A stretch of DNA of 28,826 bases from Anaerolineales bacterium (GTDB taxonomy: Bacteria; Chloroflexota; Anaerolineae; Anaerolineales; DRMV01). The position numbers and the translations under genes were made by a program. The stretch covers positions 1-28,826 of the forward strand of contig WGAK01000275.1 of NCBI GenBank assembly GCA_015494815.1, read 5' to 3'. Of this stretch, positions 25,883 to 28,826 are shown piece by piece. Under the pieces are notes generated by a model. That model made no database searches and had not been told where the DNA came from. It saw only the letters and a list, made by a program, of their open reading frames with translations. Each line of letters starts with the position of its first letter. The stretch's first letter is position 1.

Positions 25883-27538
25883 ATGCTCACGCTGCGGGCC
25901 CGCCTGCAAGCCGAAGACCACGACTTCTGGCGCATGGTGGCCGAGGCCTGGGGCCTGCACCTGCCGCGGTTGCAGGTGGACGACCTGGCAGCGGCCCTGC
26001 TGGATGTAGACCGGGTGGAGGCGGTCTGGCGGCAACTGCCCGGCGAGGCGCAGGCCGCCCTGGCCGCGCTGCACCGTCATGGGGGAACCATGCCTTGGGC
26101 CGTGTTCGTGCGGCGCTACGGCTCGCTGCGGGAACTCGCCCCGGCCGAACGCCGCGCGGCCCAGCCCCACCGCCAGCCCCAATCGCCCACCGAATGGCTC
26201 TGGTATCGGGCCCTGGTGGGCCGCGCCTTCCTCGAGACCCCCCAGGGGCTGGTCGAGCACGCGTACATCCCCACCGACCTGGCCCTGCTGTTGCCCCTGA
26301 GCGGCGACCCGGGGGATGAGGACACCCCTTGGGGCCGGCCTGCGACCGCGGCCCAGGCCGCTCACCCGCGACCGGCTCAACCGCGCCACACGCTGCAGGT
26401 GTGGACGCGCGCGCTGGCCTGGGTGCGCGGCGGCCGCCCCTGGCGCGCGGTCCCGCTGCCGCCGGTCTGGCAAGTGGCCGCATCCTGGCTGCGGGCCCTG
26501 CTGCAGGCTTTGGGCCTGGTGGACCCGGCCGGGCGGGTGCGAAGCGCGGCCGTCGGTGACTGGCTCACCGCGCCGTGCGCGGAGGCCTGGGCTCAGGTCT
26601 ACCGGGCCTGGCGTGATGCCCCCCAGGTCAACGATTTGCGGGCCTTGCCGCACTTGCGCTTCGAGGGCCCCTGGGAGAACGACCCCGTGCAGGCCCGGCA
26701 GCGTTTGCTGGCCTGGCTTGACCCGCTGCCCGTGGGCCGCTGGTGGGACCTGGAGGCCTTCGTGGCCGCGGTGCGCCAGTTCGAGCCGCACTTCCAGCGG
26801 CCCGCGCCCGAGGACTTCCATTCCTGGTACATTCGGCGGGCCGACGACGAAGACGGCCCTTATCTGCAAGGGCCGGAACACTGGGACGCGGTGGACGGCG
26901 CGCTGGTGCGTTTTTGGCTGCACGGCCCGCTGCACTGGCTGGGCATGGTGGACCTGGCGGCCGCGACGCCCGCGGGCCCGCCCACGGCTTTCCGCCTCAC
27001 GCCCGCGGGCCGGGCTTTGCTGGACACGGCCGCGCCGCCCGCGGACGCGTGTCCCCCTGGGCAGGCGCGGCCGCGTTGGTTGGGGCGGGGCCGCCTGCAC
27101 GTGCCCTGGGATGTGCCCCGTGCCGTGCACTATCACATCGCCCGGCTGGCCGAACCCGGTCCGGCGGCCGCGCAGGGGCTGGCATACCGCTTGACCGCGG
27201 CCAGCCTGCGGGCCGCGCGCAGCCAGGGGTTGCGGGGCAATCGGGTAAGCCGTTGGCTGGCCGCCCAGGTGGATGCGTGGCCTCCGGAGGCCACCCAGGC
27301 CGTGGCTCGGGTCTTTTACGGCGGGCGTCCGGCCCGCTTGCAAGCGTTGTGGGTGTTGCGCCTGCCCGAACCGCAGGCCCTGGCCGTGCTCCAGCGTTCC
27401 CCCGCGCGGAAGTTTTTGGTGGAAGTGCTGACGCCCACGCTGGTGGCCGTGGCACCCCAGGGCCGCGCGGCCGTGCTGGATGCGCTGTGGGCCGCGGGTT
27501 ACCTGGCCGAGGGCGATGTCGAGGATGAGCCCGACTAA
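25883..27538 (+). CDS. Helicase-associated domain protein (XPB/Ssl2-associated Helicase_C_3-like)
   Basis: C-terminal segment RLHVP..VPRAVHYHIARLAE...YRLTAASLRAARSQG resembles the Helicase_C_3 domain; no Walker A/B or helicase motifs. Confidence 0.7.
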   Translation: MLTLRARLQAEDHDFWRMVAEAWGLHLPRLQVDDLAAALLDVDRVEAVWRQLPGEAQAALAALHRHGGTMPWAVFVRRYGSLRELAPAERRAAQPHRQPQSPTEWLWYRALVGRAFLETPQGLVEHAYIPTDLALLLPLSGDPGDEDTPWGRPATAAQAAHPRPAQPRHTLQVWTRALAWVRGGRPWRAVPLPPVWQVAASWLRALLQALGLVDPAGRVRSAAVGDWLTAPCAEAWAQVYRAWRDAPQVNDLRALPHLRFEGPWENDPVQARQRLLAWLDPLPVGRWWDLEAFVAAVRQFEPHFQRPAPEDFHSWYIRRADDEDGPYLQGPEHWDAVDGALVRFWLHGPLHWLGMVDLAAATPAGPPTAFRLTPAGRALLDTAAPPADACPPGQARPRWLGRGRLHVPWDVPRAVHYHIARLAEPGPAAAQGLAYRLTAASLRAARSQGLRGNRVSRWLAAQVDAWPPEATQAVARVFYGGRPARLQALWVLRLPEPQALAVLQRSPARKFLVEVLTPTLVAVAPQGRAAVLDALWAAGYLAEGDVEDEPD

Positions 27539-28826
27539 GGCGCAACGGCATAAGGGTTGAAGCACGGGTCGTAGTCGGGCCCCAGCAGCACGACGAACAT
27601 GGCCTCGCTGCCGGGGTCCGGCGCGGCCCGGTAGGCCGTGGTGGGCAGGCCCAGCGTCTGGGCCAAAGCCTGCCCCTGCACGGGGTCGGGCGTGGCGCGC
27701 GTGTCCACCACCACCGTGGCCTCCAGAGGAGCGTCCAAAGTTTGCACCCGGCTCACGGTGTAACCGGCCACTTGCAGCCGCAGCGCGGCCAGGTCCCCCC
27801 AGCCGTCGCGGCCCGAACCGTCGCGGATGGCCACGGTAATGCCCAGGCGTTGCGTGCGTTCGGGCGGCGCGGGCCCCAGGGCTTCGGTCAGAAAGTCGGC
27901 CAGGTAGCCTTTGCGGGGCAGCAGCACCGCGCTGCCGCCGGGCGTGCGCCAGTGGCGCACCAGATTGGGGCCGATGCGATAGAAGCGCACCTGGGCCGGG
28001 TCCAGGCTGCGGGCCCAGGGCAGCAGCCGCGCCACCACATCCCAGTCAATGTTGGTTTCCACCGTCTCTTGCCAGATGCGATACAGCGCGGGGATTTTGG
28101 GCAGTACGCCGGGGCTGAGCAACTTGGCCTGCAGCGCGCGCAGGATTTCTTGCTGGCGGCGGCCCCGGTCGAAGTCGGTGCTGTGTTTGCGGGCGCGGGC
28201 GTACCACAGCGCCATTTCGCCGTTCATGAACACCCGGCCGGGCTCTACCGTGTACAGGGCCCAGTTGTCGGGGTCTTCGGGGTCCAACTCAGGGCTCTTG
28301 AGCCGCCAGTCGGTGTAGGGGCAGGCCACCAGCACTTCCAGGCCGCCCAACGCGTCCACCAGGCGCACGAAGCCTTCGAAGTCGGCCAGGGCCACATAGT
28401 CCAGGCGGATGCCGAAGTTGTACATGAAGGTGTCGGCCACCAGGCCCGGCCCGCCGCCGGGGTAGCCGCTGTACTCACCCCGGTAGTAGGCCGCGTTGAG
28501 CCGGTTCATGGTCCACCCGGGGATGTATACGAACAGGTCTCGGGGGAAGGAGATGACGCTAACGCTGTGCTCCGCGGGGCGCAGCACCACCAGCAAGATG
28601 GCATCGGTGCGAAAGGAGCCGCTGCCGCGGCGGTCGGCGCCCAGCAGCAAGAAGGTCAGCATGTTGCCGTCGGTGATTTCGTCCACGGGTTCGGGGGGCA
28701 GCAAAGGCATTTTGCCCGGCGGGGTGGCCGGAGGCGGGTAGGTGCCACCCGCGCCCTGGATGGGCGGCTCGTAGACGAGGGGCAGCCAACTGAGAGTGGC
28801 CGTCGCCGTGGGCGCGGGGGTGAGGG
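27535..28826 (-). CDS. LCP (LytR-CpsA-Psr) family wall-polymer transferase with LytR_C domain, 5'-truncated by the window edge
   Basis: LLLGADRR, RTDAILLV, SFPRDLFV, RLNAAY, YARARK..DFDRGRRQQ, C-terminal V.IRDGSGRDGWG...VLLGPDY. The frame stays open through a Pro/Thr linker to the window end. Its stop overlaps the convergent gene's stop. Confidence 0.9.
   Translation of the reverse strand, partial: LTPAPTATATLSWLPLVYEPPIQGAGGTYPPPATPPGKMPLLPPEPVDEITDGNMLTFLLLGADRRGSGSFRTDAILLVVLRPAEHSVSVISFPRDLFVYIPGWTMNRLNAAYYRGEYSGYPGGGPGLVADTFMYNFGIRLDYVALADFEGFVRLVDALGGLEVLVACPYTDWRLKSPELDPEDPDNWALYTVEPGRVFMNGEMALWYARARKHSTDFDRGRRQQEILRALQAKLLSPGVLPKIPALYRIWQETVETNIDWDVVARLLPWARSLDPAQVRFYRIGPNLVRHWRTPGGSAVLLPRKGYLADFLTEALGPAPPERTQRLGITVAIRDGSGRDGWGDLAALRLQVAGYTVSRVQTLDAPLEATVVVDTRATPDPVQGQALAQTLGLPTTAYRAAPDPGSEAMFVVLLGPDYDPCFNPYAVAP

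Overview
High-GC (roughly 65-70% by eye) bacterial chromosomal window. The Pro/Thr/Glu-rich lipoprotein linkers and the gene repertoire suggest Chloroflexota (Anaerolineae-like); this is inference. The left 7.2 kb is a self-contained denitrification module on the minus strand. A Cys-rich Crp/Fnr regulator is followed by a perfect CRP-type TGTGA-N6-TCACA box placed at about -41.5 and a five-gene operon: lipid-anchored cytochrome cd1 nitrite reductase (nirS), a 7-TM membrane protein, a 12-TM His-rich protein whose His layout mirrors heme-copper oxidase/NO reductase subunit I, a NirV-like FGE-domain lipoprotein, and heme O synthase (ctaB). No heme d1 biosynthesis gene (nirEDLGHJNF) and no nirM/nirC is in the operon or the window. 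This operon is the best candidate for an undescribed system. The rest looks like ordinary housekeeping DNA: YifB/ComM, CorC/HlyC, MEMO-like AmmeMemoRadiSam B, recN, DUF389-SH3 protein, phosphohexomutase, TatD, a peptide/nickel-type ABC operon with an unusually large binding protein, a DAGK-family kinase, a helicase-associated protein and a 5'-truncated LCP protein. No rRNA, tRNA, CRISPR array or mobile element was seen. All family assignments come from motif recognition by eye; no database searches were run.
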